The translations under genes were made by a program, and so were the position numbers. A model generated the notes under the pieces. It was not told the origin of the DNA. It did no database searches and worked only from the letters and a program-made list of their open reading frames with translations. A DNA stretch of 33,582 bases. It comes from Nitrospinae bacterium RIFCSPLOWO2_12_FULL_45_22. Its GTDB lineage: Bacteria; 2-12-FULL-45-22. Below, in pieces: positions 1 to 8,609 of this stretch; position 1 is the first letter of the stretch; each line of letters starts with the position of its first letter. Location of the stretch: NCBI GenBank assembly GCA_001803565.1, contig MHDQ01000083.1:1-33582 (forward strand). Direction: 5' to 3'.

Positions 1-17
1 GAGAGGAGGGAGCCATC

Positions 18-1406
18 ATGAAACCATCAAAATTTATAGGCTTTACCATCCTAATATTAGCATTTTTCCTGGTGGGCAATACCGGTTGGGCAGAAGAAGG
101 GGTAAAAGACAAATATGCCCCGGCACCCAAGACCATTGAAGGCTGGGTAGAATATCCTGAGCTTATACCTTCCCAGACCGAGCGCGACCCCGACTATAAC
201 TGGTTGCCCAAAGGTCCTTTCCCCTACAAACCCTCCTGGCCTAGAAAAGATGTCCCTAATACCGGTGAGGAGTTATATTTTATGCAGGACTATCTATTCT
301 GGGCAGGAAAATATACTGATATGATCCTCTACACCCCGATTATCAATAAAAGGGGACTAGTTACCACCCGAAACCTCTACATAAGGAGACTCCATCCCTG
401 GGATGATTATAACGATGTATTGGACTATGATAGATCTGGGGTAGTAGGGTTAAATAAAGAGTTTCTGGCTATTTATTCCATGCTGGATAGTCCACCAGAG
501 ATGCGGGGCTTTGCCCAGTTGATGGTTAAATACCTGAATGCCCCGGGTAAGTGGAAGGACCCAGATCGCTATGCCTGGGTACCGGCTTTGCGGCGCGTAA
601 GGAGGTCTGCAGGTGGTGACCGGCAGGATGATTCTCTAGGCTATCCCTTCAGTAACGATGATAATGGCGAGCGGCAGCCCTGGGAATATGACTATTGGAT
701 AATAGGAGAAGATGTCGTATGTGAATCGGCTGGGGTAAAAGGAAATGTCGTAGGAGAGGCCAAGAGCATCGTAGATAATTTAAAGGAATTACTCCCTGCA
801 TATGGTGTAGAAGAGAATCCTTACCGGGAAGATGGTTGTGTAGAATGCTATGTTACAAAGATGGTTCACAAATATGACCCTAAATATTATCTCGGCCAAA
901 TCCTCGTGTGGACAGAAAAATACACCAAACAATTCGTGCGTATGGAACAGTATGATAGAGAAGGTTCTATCTGGAAAATCTATGAGATGCATTACGATAG
1001 GGTAGACCCTGGTGGCCATATCGGGGGGGGATATCCCCGGACAAATCTTCAAGCCTGGGACATCAAGCGCGACTTCAGGACTTATGCCTGGTATGGTGAT
1101 GTAAAATATGGCAAAAGGGTAACCGCGGACCCTACTTTCAACCCTGAATTTTTTACTATCCCACAGTTGCAAAAAGAATACTTCTGGAGAAAAGCCCCTG
1201 ACTACCGACCGGTTACTAAAGCAGAGCATTTCCCACCCTACCCACCCCTGTATGCAGCAAAGAAGGCCAAAGACAGAAAAGGTTTTGATGCCATCTCCAA
1301 AGAATTTAATGATAAGGTAAAGAGCTATCAAGATATGTGGGATAAGCGCGGCGGATTTGATGCCTGGGGCTGGGCAAAACGCACCAAATACCAGGATGTG
1401 AAGTAG
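18..1406 (+). CDS. Secreted DUF1329 / LolA-like (outer-membrane lipoprotein-sorting-like) protein
   Basis: N-terminal signal peptide (MKPSK-hydrophobic-GWA); family motif AWVPALRRVRR followed by DRQDD...SNDD; RBS GGAGG upstream. Confidence 0.7.
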   Translation: MKPSKFIGFTILILAFFLVGNTGWAEEGVKDKYAPAPKTIEGWVEYPELIPSQTERDPDYNWLPKGPFPYKPSWPRKDVPNTGEELYFMQDYLFWAGKYTDMILYTPIINKRGLVTTRNLYIRRLHPWDDYNDVLDYDRSGVVGLNKEFLAIYSMLDSPPEMRGFAQLMVKYLNAPGKWKDPDRYAWVPALRRVRRSAGGDRQDDSLGYPFSNDDNGERQPWEYDYWIIGEDVVCESAGVKGNVVGEAKSIVDNLKELLPAYGVEENPYREDGCVECYVTKMVHKYDPKYYLGQILVWTEKYTKQFVRMEQYDREGSIWKIYEMHYDRVDPGGHIGGGYPRTNLQAWDIKRDFRTYAWYGDVKYGKRVTADPTFNPEFFTIPQLQKEYFWRKAPDYRPVTKAEHFPPYPPLYAAKKAKDRKGFDAISKEFNDKVKSYQDMWDKRGGFDAWGWAKRTKYQDVK

Positions 1407-1446
1407 TTGCTGATGTATGCTTGGTGCCTAAGGTTAATCTTCTGGG

Positions 1447-1475
1447 TTGACAAAAAAATCCTGGTATGCTAAAAG
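1447..1475 (+). promoter_or_regulatory. Putative sigma-70 promoter for the 1509 gene
   Basis: TTGACA (1447-1452), 17-nt spacer, TG-n-TAAAAG extended -10. Confidence 0.4.
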
Positions 1476-1508
1476 GGAGAAAAATTTTTTAGAAGGAGGT
1501 GAATTGTA

Positions 1509-1919
1509 ATGGACGAAGCTACTAAAACCATATTAAAACAGGCTATTGGTATAACCGACGCTGACCTGAATAAGCTCTCACCCAGGATCAGTAATCTGCT
1601 CTCTAACATGGGTAATCTAATGGGCCACCGAGTAGTAGCAGAAGTGACTGAATCAAAATACTGCTTTTTTGGTCTAAAGCCCGGTGATAAGATCGTCATA
1701 GAAGGAGGGAAGATTAATCCTGAAGCTAGTACCGCAAATCTATGCCTGGGTGCCGTTGCTCCAATAGATGAGGCTAATGCCTTATTAATGGATAGGGTAG
1801 CTATGGGTTGGAAGCCCGATGGCTCGGTAATCACTTATGTTCGGTGTCATGATATGGGTGTAGAGCATGGGGGCTTAGGTATAGTCTGGTTAAAGGTCTA
1901 TACCGAAGAAATAAAATAA
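1509..1919 (+). CDS. Conserved hypothetical Cys-containing protein (TIGR04076-like)
   Basis: RBS AGGAGGT; pattern VAEV..SKYC..GLKPGD...LCLGA...VRCHD recalls TIGR04076-type small proteins of anaerobes. Confidence 0.55.
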   Translation: MDEATKTILKQAIGITDADLNKLSPRISNLLSNMGNLMGHRVVAEVTESKYCFFGLKPGDKIVIEGGKINPEASTANLCLGAVAPIDEANALLMDRVAMGWKPDGSVITYVRCHDMGVEHGGLGIVWLKVYTEEIK

Positions 1920-1947
1920 ATCTGTATCCAGGAAAAACTTATCTTGG

Positions 1948-2008
1948 CTAGCCGCAGAGCTTGTCTCTGCTATCGTTGGGTGGCAGCAAAGACGAGCTTT
2001 GCAGCTAC
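1948..2008. repeat. REP-like doublet (two inverted GTAG-type palindromes)
   Basis: CTAGCC-GCAGAG-CTTGT-CTCTGC ... GCAAAG-ACGAG-CTTTGC-AGCTAC. Confidence 0.6.
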
Positions 2009-2038
2009 CTGGCATCTGAATTCCTTCATTGCCTTCCT

Positions 2039-2133
2039 GTAACCGTTCACCGCAAAGGCGCAGCGGAAACGATCGGCGGCGCGGAGCAAGTCCATTGTCC
2101 GCGCCCGCGGTAAATACTCTGTTGAACACTTAC
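2039..2133. repeat. Palindromic element with GTAACCGTTCA / TGAACACTTAC termini
   Basis: Terminal inverted repeat shared with other spacers; internal GGCGCGGA...TCCGCGCC stem. Confidence 0.6.
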
Positions 2134-2173
2134 CGAACTCTATCCCTCAACATTCCTGCCTGTAGCAGACAGG

Positions 2174-2189
2174 TGGCATAAATATTGCT
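2174..2189 (+). promoter_or_regulatory. Sigma-54 (-24/-12) promoter upstream of the acyl-CoA dehydrogenase operon
   Basis: TGGCAT-AAATA-TTGCT matches TGGCAC-N5-TTGCW with correct GG-N10-GC spacing. Confidence 0.6.
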
Positions 2190-2238
2190 CCTCTAATGTT
2201 CTAGGTATGATATTCTACGTACTGCTCTATGAGATAAT

Positions 2239-2386
2239 GTAAGCATTCAGTTCAAGGGATACTTGCCACAGGGGCATAGAGGCAGGGAGATATTGTGCCC
2301 GTGAGCCGTCCCCGTTTCGGACGGACACCGATACGTATCCCGGGCACGGCATTTCAGTTCGCGGTGCTCCGTGGCTGCACGGTTAT
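2239..2386. repeat. Layered palindromic element (TIR + GCCAC arms + CCGT hexamer core)
   Basis: GTAAGCATTCAG ... GCCACAGGGGCA ... GTGCCCG/CGGGCAC core ... GTGCTCCGTGG-CTGCACGGTTAT. Confidence 0.6.
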
Positions 2387-2425
2387 ATTACGAGTTTTTA
2401 GACTGAAAGAGGAAGGTGAGGAGAA

Positions 2426-3580
2426 ATGGACTTACTTTTATCCCAGGCCCAGAGGTTATTTATTGAAGATATCCAGGAGTTTATTACGAGTGAGATAACC
2501 CCTTATCTTTCCCGCTGGTATCAAGAGGATATATTCCCGAAAGGTCTGCTGGCCAAACTAAGCAGCCGAGAGAGGTTGGGGTTTAGCCAAAAAGAAGGGC
2601 TCTGGCAAGAATCTACTATGTCAGATAATATCGTTTTCTATGAATATATGTCGGCTGCTAGCCCTGGTATCACGGTGGCTATCCTGGCCCATACCCTGTT
2701 AGGTCTTTATATTCTCTACCATTGGGGTAATCAGGAGCAGCGGGATAAGTATTTTATCGCGGGGATTAAGGGAGAGAAATTAGCAGCCTTTGCTAATACC
2801 GAGCCAGATACGGGTAGTGATGCCGCCAATATCAGTTTAGAGGGCAAAGAAGTCGGGGATAGTTTCTTGCTTAATGGGACAAAGATGTATATCACCAATG
2901 GTGATCTAGCTGATTTCCTTATTGTATCGGCCCGTACAGATCCCAAAACAGCCAGGAGGAGTGAAGGCATTAGCTTATTTGTGCTCGATACGGCTTGCGA
3001 GGGTTTAGAAAGGATAAAATTACCCAAGAAAGGCTGGCTCCCCTCGCATCTTGCCCGCCTATCCTTTAAGAACTGTCTGGTACCAGGAAATAACCTGATT
3101 GGGGAACTAAATGAAGGCTACAAACTAATTATGAAGACCTTTACGGCTAGCCGGATTGCTATCGCAGCTATGGCAGTAGGGACGGCCTATGGGGCGTATT
3201 GCCTGGCTTTAGAGCGGGCCCGGAAGCGGGAGGCCTTTGGTAAAAAGATCATTGAGCATCAAGCCAAGGCATATGAATTTAGCACTATGCTGACCAAAAT
3301 AGACGCTGCCCGGCTCCTGGTTCAGAGAGCAGCCTGGCTAAAGGATAAGAGAGAAGATTATATCATGGCCTCTTCCCAGGCTAAGCTCTTTGCCGCCGAA
3401 ACGGCTAAGACAGTTACTTCCTGGGCAGCCGATATTTTTGGGGCTGCTGGCATCTTAGAGACCAGCCCTATTTCTCGTTACCCCGGTGATGCCTGGGCCG
3501 CATCCTTAGGGGAAGGGACCAGTGATACTCAGAAACTCATTATCTGGCGCCAAATAATGGCCCAGCTTGAGAAGGATTAG
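2426..3580 (+). CDS. Acyl-CoA dehydrogenase
   Basis: FANTEPDTGSD, LNGTKMYITNG, R-x-AFGK-x-I, and C-terminal GEGTS with the catalytic Glu. Confidence 0.95.
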   Translation: MDLLLSQAQRLFIEDIQEFITSEITPYLSRWYQEDIFPKGLLAKLSSRERLGFSQKEGLWQESTMSDNIVFYEYMSAASPGITVAILAHTLLGLYILYHWGNQEQRDKYFIAGIKGEKLAAFANTEPDTGSDAANISLEGKEVGDSFLLNGTKMYITNGDLADFLIVSARTDPKTARRSEGISLFVLDTACEGLERIKLPKKGWLPSHLARLSFKNCLVPGNNLIGELNEGYKLIMKTFTASRIAIAAMAVGTAYGAYCLALERARKREAFGKKIIEHQAKAYEFSTMLTKIDAARLLVQRAAWLKDKREDYIMASSQAKLFAAETAKTVTSWAADIFGAAGILETSPISRYPGDAWAASLGEGTSDTQKLIIWRQIMAQLEKD

Positions 3581-3581
3581 T

Positions 3582-5312
3582 ATGGAAGATATTATATTAC
3601 GGGTAGTAGGAGAAGCAGGCGAGGGGGTTATCAGCTTAGGCGAGATAATAGCGAGGGCATGCGCCCGGCTCTCCTACCACGTATTGACTTATAGGACTTA
3701 TCCGGCCGAGATCCGGGGTGGCCCTACTATGTTTCAGGTAAGGATAAGCCCCGATCCAGTCCTCTCTCAGGGTGATGGGGTAGATATCTTGCTAGCCCTT
3801 AATCCAGCCTCCCTTGAGTCGGATGGTGCGGAACTGCGCACTGGTGGGGTATTTCTTTATGATGCCCCAGATGCCAATGTCAGCCAGGAGATAAAAGATG
3901 GGGCCAGGATTATTCATTATCCTTTACCTTTGACTGAGATTGCCACAAAGGAACTCAACTATTACCTGGGCAAGAATATGGTAGCCTTGGGGATTATGAC
4001 AGCCCTCTTTGGGTTTCCTTATAATCTCATAATAGAGCTGGTATACCAGAGATATCCCAAAGCAGAAAAGAATCTCCAGGCCCTAGAAGCAGGCTTCCAA
4101 TATGGAAAACTTCACCTCGAAAAAAGGGACCAGTTCCTGCTTAAAGGCCGTGGTTCAAAAGAAGACAGATTAATCCTTACAGGCAACGAGGCAATAGCCC
4201 TGGCCGCTTTAGCAGGTGGCTGTCGCTTCTTTGCCGGTTATCCCATCACCCCGGCTACCGAGATCATGGAATGGTTAGCCCAAAAACTCCCCCCGTTCGG
4301 TGGCATAGTTTTACAAATGGAGGATGAGTTAGCTGCCCTGGCGGCTGTTCTGGGGGCGTCTTTTGCCGGTAAAAAGGCTATGACCGCAACCTCGGGGCCC
4401 GGGCTCTCGCTCATGAGTGAGCTCCTAGGTCTTGCCTCTATGGCTGAACTCCCCGTGGTAGTAGTAGATGTCCAGCGGGCCGGTCCCAGCACCGGTATCC
4501 CTACCAAGACAGAACAATCAGACCTGAACCTGGCCTGCCTTGGCAGTCATGGCGAGGCACCTCGGATTGTCTTAGCCCCTTCCACTGTAGAAGAATGTCT
4601 CTACTACACCATCCAGGCCTTTAATCTGGCTGATATATATCAGACCGCGGTAATACTCTTAACTGACCAATTTCTGGGCCAGCGGCTGGAGACTATCCCT
4701 AAGCCTGAGTTGTTAAGTATTCCCCGACATGACCGCCTGAAGTATCTGGCTAATGGCGAAGCTAAGTTTTTGCGGTATCGTTTAACCCCTACCGGTATAT
4801 CGCCCGTAGCCTTTCCTGGAGAAGCCGGTGGAATGCATGTTATAACCGGATTAGAACATAACCCGGCCGGTGCGCCTGACTATAGCCCAGAGACCCATCA
4901 GGCAATGATGGCAAAGAGGTTCAAAAAATTAGAGCCCTTACCCCAGACTATTGAAGCAAGAAAGGCTTTTGGTGATCAAGAGGCAGAGTTGGGTATTATT
5001 GGCTGGGGTTCTAGCCAGGGTGCAGTTCAAGAAGCTATCAGCCAGGCACGGCAGGCAGGCTATAGAGTAGCCGCCCTCTATCTAAAACTATTGTACCCAT
5101 TACCGATAGAACAGATCCGAGAATTTATCAGATCGGTAAAGAAGATATTGATTCTAGAAGGAAATTATACTGGGCAGTTAGCCCGATTCATTCGCTCAGA
5201 GCTTTTAATAAATCCTATCCAGTTAAATATCTGTGCCGGAAGGCCATTCAGCCCCAGGGAGGTCTATTCGAAGATAGAGGACGAGATAATGTCTCTCCAC
5301 CAACACATGTAG
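3582..5312 (+). CDS. korA: 2-oxoacid:acceptor (ferredoxin) oxidoreductase alpha subunit (gamma-alpha fusion)
   Basis: GEAGEG, AEIRGG, FAGYPITPATE, ATSGPG, QRAGPSTGIPTK; ATG at 3582 chosen because it lies just after the acyl-CoA dehydrogenase stop. Confidence 0.93.
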   Translation: MEDIILRVVGEAGEGVISLGEIIARACARLSYHVLTYRTYPAEIRGGPTMFQVRISPDPVLSQGDGVDILLALNPASLESDGAELRTGGVFLYDAPDANVSQEIKDGARIIHYPLPLTEIATKELNYYLGKNMVALGIMTALFGFPYNLIIELVYQRYPKAEKNLQALEAGFQYGKLHLEKRDQFLLKGRGSKEDRLILTGNEAIALAALAGGCRFFAGYPITPATEIMEWLAQKLPPFGGIVLQMEDELAALAAVLGASFAGKKAMTATSGPGLSLMSELLGLASMAELPVVVVDVQRAGPSTGIPTKTEQSDLNLACLGSHGEAPRIVLAPSTVEECLYYTIQAFNLADIYQTAVILLTDQFLGQRLETIPKPELLSIPRHDRLKYLANGEAKFLRYRLTPTGISPVAFPGEAGGMHVITGLEHNPAGAPDYSPETHQAMMAKRFKKLEPLPQTIEARKAFGDQEAELGIIGWGSSQGAVQEAISQARQAGYRVAALYLKLLYPLPIEQIREFIRSVKKILILEGNYTGQLARFIRSELLINPIQLNICAGRPFSPREVYSKIEDEIMSLHQHM

Positions 5313-5331
5313 CCGCAGCGTCTAACGCTGC
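5309..5331 (+). repeat. Single REP-like palindrome overlapping the korA stop codon
   Basis: GTAGCC-GCAGCGT-CTA-ACGCTGC; the GTAG contains the TAG stop (5310-5312). Confidence 0.5.
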
Positions 5332-5370
5332 AATAGCTCTATTAAAAGATCGAGGAGGAAATAGTATAGC

Positions 5371-6219
5371 ATGACTAAACGGAGTATTTTAGAGTATCGC
5401 GGGGAGGTCTCCCCAGTCTGGTGCTCCTTTTGTGGGGACTATGCGGTTTTGAATTCCCTCTACCAGGTATTTCAGCGCAAAAAGCTTGCACCGGAGGAGA
5501 TTGTTTTAGTCTCTGGCATAGGCTGTTCTAGTCGGCTGCCTCACTTCGTTAATGCCTATGGCTTCCATGGTGTGCATGGTCGCACTTTACCAACGGCCAT
5601 GGGCATCAAGCTGGCTAACCCGCAGTTGACTGTAATAGCAGTAGCGGGTGATGGCGATGGTTTTGGTATTGGCCTCGGGCATTTTATCCACACGGCCCGC
5701 AAAAATCCTGATTTAAAGTATCTGGTCATGGATAATTCTTTATATGCCCAGACTAAAGGGCAGGTATCCCCCACCACCTGCCCTCATCGTGTTACTCCTT
5801 CCACACCCTATGGTGTAATGGAAGAGCCTATCAACCCTATTGCCCTGGCTATCCTTTCTGGGGCAACCTTTGTAGCCCGGGCATACTCAGGTAAGCCAGA
5901 GCTATTAACCGAGCTGTTGCTGCAAGCTATTGACCATCCAGGGTTTGCCTTTATCCAGATTATTAGCCCCTGTGTAACTTTTAACCCAACAGATACTTAT
6001 AGAAGCTTAACCCAAAAGAGCTATCTCGTCTCTGACTATCCCTTAGAAGACAGGGTTAAGGCATTAGAATTGGCTCAAGCGGAAGACCGGATGGCCCTGG
6101 GGCTGTTTTATCGGGTCAGGCGGCCAACAATAGAAGAAGCGGTGAGAGAAATAGTAGAAGCGGCCCAGAGAGAAGGCCCAGCCGAACTCGCTGGGCTGGT
6201 GGAGGAGTTTAATGTCTGA
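5371..6219 (+). CDS. korB: 2-oxoacid:ferredoxin oxidoreductase beta subunit (TPP-binding)
   Basis: WCSFCGD, SGIGCSS, HGR, GDGD...DN TPP motif, SPCVTFN. Confidence 0.93.
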   Translation: MTKRSILEYRGEVSPVWCSFCGDYAVLNSLYQVFQRKKLAPEEIVLVSGIGCSSRLPHFVNAYGFHGVHGRTLPTAMGIKLANPQLTVIAVAGDGDGFGIGLGHFIHTARKNPDLKYLVMDNSLYAQTKGQVSPTTCPHRVTPSTPYGVMEEPINPIALAILSGATFVARAYSGKPELLTELLLQAIDHPGFAFIQIISPCVTFNPTDTYRSLTQKSYLVSDYPLEDRVKALELAQAEDRMALGLFYRVRRPTIEEAVREIVEAAQREGPAELAGLVEEFNV

Positions 6220-6769
6220 GATTCCAGAAGACATTATAAATCTATTCAAAAGGAATTATATATTGGCCCAAAAATTAGTAGCCAGATTGAGGGCCAATGG
6301 GTGGTACATCGCTACTGCAGAGAGCGTCACAGCCGGATATGTAGCTAGCTTTATTGCCTCTGTCCCCCAGGCCTCTCAGTGCTTCCGGGGTGGCATAGTG
6401 GCCTACGATACCAGCAGCAAAGTCCAACTCCTGGGGCTCCCAGAAGAGCTAATCCGTGATACCAACGGTATAAGTAGCGAGATCAGTCAGCGGATGGCAG
6501 AAGAAGCCAGGAGCAAATTTAGTGCCCATATAGGGCTTTCTACTACGGGCTTTGCGGGGCCGACCGGTCGGGAAGTAGGGCTGGTATATATTGGGGTTTC
6601 TACCGGAAAAGAGATCAGGGTAGAGCAAAAAAATCTACCGGCCCGGTTATCATCCTATCAGAGGGAAGAGATAAGGCTGCAAGCCAGCCTGGAGGCCCTG
6701 CTTCTGGCCCTCAATACCATTGATTCAGTAAGTGTAACTACTCAGGCACAAAGTGGCAAAGGCACATAG
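6212..6769 (+). CDS. CinA C-terminal domain protein (PncC-like NMN deamidase family)
   Basis: IATAESVTAG, GGIVAY...K, STTGFAGPTG, VGLVYIG; overlaps the korB stop. Confidence 0.85.
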   Translation: MSEIPEDIINLFKRNYILAQKLVARLRANGWYIATAESVTAGYVASFIASVPQASQCFRGGIVAYDTSSKVQLLGLPEELIRDTNGISSEISQRMAEEARSKFSAHIGLSTTGFAGPTGREVGLVYIGVSTGKEIRVEQKNLPARLSSYQREEIRLQASLEALLLALNTIDSVSVTTQAQSGKGT

Positions 6770-6854
6770 GCACAAAGCAGAGCGGAGCAGGGTCGTTTCG
6801 TTGTTTTTTTCCCACTTTGTGCCTTTGGTGCTCTGTGCCTACCTGAATAGTTAC
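6734..6854. repeat. Layered palindromic element overlapping the cinA 3' end
   Basis: GTAACTACTCAGG (6734-6746) / CCTGAATAGTTAC (6842-6854), 12 of 13 complementary; GGCACAAAG octamer-like arms mirrored by CTTTGTGCC. Confidence 0.7.
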
Positions 6855-6913
6855 CAGTAAGTAAGAATAGATAAACGTTTGTCCCAACAATCCAATAGAA
6901 GGAGGGATATGAG

Positions 6914-7393
6914 ATGCAGAATAACCATACCGCATTAGATAAACTGGCCTATGGCGTCTATGTTGTCACCCTCAGGAATGAGGCCGTGATAAATGCCTTT
7001 ACCGCCTCCTGGATATCCCAGGTATCCTTTGATCCTCCCCTTATAATGATTGCTGTTCATAGAGCGCATTTTTCCCACTTTTTGCTAGCAGGGGGAGGTA
7101 ATTTTGCGATAAATATTTTGGGAGAGAATCAAGGAGAGCTTGCCAGGCTCTTCTATACACCGGTAGGTGCAGAGGAACAGGAGCGGGTCGGGGTACCATT
7201 TATCACCCGCAAAAGCGGTGCACCGATTTTGCGCGAGGCTATGGCCTATCTCGACTGCCAGCTCGTAACCTCTTATGAGGCGGGAGATCATACCATATAT
7301 CTGGGCCAGGTCATAGATTCTGGTGTAGCCCGGGAAGGGAACCCCTTGACTACCCAACAACTGGGGGAGCGCTATGCCAACTCTAGGCAGTGA
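6914..7393 (+). CDS. Flavin reductase-like (DIM6/NTAB, flavoredoxin) family protein
   Basis: YGVYVVT, SWISQVSFDPPL, FAINIL, GDHTIYLGQV. Confidence 0.9.
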   Translation: MQNNHTALDKLAYGVYVVTLRNEAVINAFTASWISQVSFDPPLIMIAVHRAHFSHFLLAGGGNFAINILGENQGELARLFYTPVGAEEQERVGVPFITRKSGAPILREAMAYLDCQLVTSYEAGDHTIYLGQVIDSGVAREGNPLTTQQLGERYANSRQ

Positions 7394-7405
7394 TTTTACT
7401 GGAGG

Positions 7406-7654
7406 GTAAGCGTTCAGTAGGCACGGTAACGTCAAAGTAATCCCGAGCAGCCTCTGTAGCTCAACCCTTCAGGGTTGATCTGTCAAGCCTAAAGCCTTGA
7501 GTTACCCAATCGACTTCTAAGATGATTTTGACGTGGCCCTGGTTCAGGAGGAGGAATGCTTGCCCCAGAGACACCGATTGGTCATTGATCATTAGTCATT
7601 GACCAGTGACCATTGACCGATGACCAGGTTGTGGCTCTGTGGCTGAACGGTTCC
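7406..7654. repeat. Multiply nested palindromic element
   Basis: GTAAGCGTTCAG...CTGAACGGTTCC outer TIR; inner ACGTCAAA...TTTGACGT; GTAG REP doublet at 7456-7505; GTCATTG/TGACCA heptamer hairpin at about 7578-7626. Confidence 0.65.
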
Positions 7655-7676
7655 GAAGGAATCAATTTGGTATATA

Positions 7677-7692
7677 TGGCATATTTGTTGCA
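7677..7692 (+). promoter_or_regulatory. Sigma-54 promoter upstream of desulforedoxin
   Basis: TGGCAT-ATTTG-TTGCA. Confidence 0.65.
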
Positions 7693-7779
7693 CATAGGTA
7701 TAATTATTAATAGAAATTAAGTTTTAATTGCGACCAAAGATCGCCTTAACCTTAGCTAACCAAAAAGGAGGGGATAAAG

Positions 7780-7905
7780 ATGGTAGAAAAGGATAAGACC
7801 TATATCTGTGACCCTTGTGGTATTGAGGTAAAGGTAACAAAAGAAGGAGCCGGTACCTTGGTCTGTTGCGGCGAGGAGATGGAAGAGACTGAGGAAAAAG
7901 AATAG
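7780..7905 (+). CDS. Desulforedoxin-like small Fe(Cys)4 protein, 41 aa (absent from the ORF track)
   Basis: Hand translation MVEKDKTYICDPCGIEVKVTKEGAGTLVCCGEEMEETEEKE*; CxxC-x15-CC motif; RBS AAGGAGG. Confidence 0.9.
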   Translation: MVEKDKTYICDPCGIEVKVTKEGAGTLVCCGEEMEETEEKE

Positions 7906-7918
7906 TAGGTAGCAGGTC

Positions 7919-7956
7919 CTGGGCGATTTTGCACTCTGAAGGGCATAATCGCCCAG
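7919..7956 (+). terminator. Stem-loop after desulforedoxin
   Basis: CTGGGCGATT ... AATCGCCCAG 10-bp stem; weak U-tract. Confidence 0.35.
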
Positions 7957-7985
7957 ACTTCTATAAGGGCTAAGCGGAGTACAAT

Positions 7986-8576
7986 ATGAAAATAACTACT
8001 AAGACAGGAGACAAGGGATATACCAGTCTATTGTCCGGTCAGCGGGTACCCAAATACGACCTTAGGCCCATAGCCTATGGCACATTGGACGAAGCCAATT
8101 CCATCTTAGGGGCTGCCCGGGCTACTTGCCAGGTAGAGGAAGTACGAAAGATTATCGAAACTTTACAGAAGGAGCTATTTTTGGTAGGCGCAGAGCTAGC
8201 AGCTTGCCCCGACGGTATAAAATATCTGAAAGAGCGAGTCACAGAGAGGCATGTCCAGAGGCTGGAGGATTGGATTCAATGGTTAGAAGATAATATTGAT
8301 GTCCCAGAAGCCTTCATTATCCCCGGAGCTACTCTAACCTCTGCCTTCATTGATATTGCCCGGACGGTCATCCGGCGGGTGGAGCGGAGCGCTACTAAGC
8401 TAAGGCATGAACACCTATTGGATAATGAGCAAGTGGTCATCTATCTGAACCGGTTATCTGACTTACTTTTTCTTTTAGCTCGCTATGAGGAACAGGTCAT
8501 CTCGGGTAAAAATCCAGGATTTATCTGGGAAGAATTAGAAGAAGCCGGAGTTTGCTTAACCACCGCTGAACTCTAA
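7986..8576 (+). CDS. pduO: ATP:cob(I)alamin adenosyltransferase, PduO type
   Basis: KITTKTGDKGYT, AYGTLDEANS, RTVIRRVER, YLNRLSDLLF. Confidence 0.92.
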   Translation: MKITTKTGDKGYTSLLSGQRVPKYDLRPIAYGTLDEANSILGAARATCQVEEVRKIIETLQKELFLVGAELAACPDGIKYLKERVTERHVQRLEDWIQWLEDNIDVPEAFIIPGATLTSAFIDIARTVIRRVERSATKLRHEHLLDNEQVVIYLNRLSDLLFLLARYEEQVISGKNPGFIWEELEEAGVCLTTAEL

Positions 8577-8609
8577 CTTTATCCTTGGAGAGAATAGAAG
8601 GAGGTTAAT

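Noticed and set aside
789-1331. Antisense or alternate-frame ORFs inside well-supported genes (e.g. 789-1331, 1469-1834, 14741-15193, 32799-33140)
   Set aside because: They overlap genes with clear family motifs and have no recognisable protein features.
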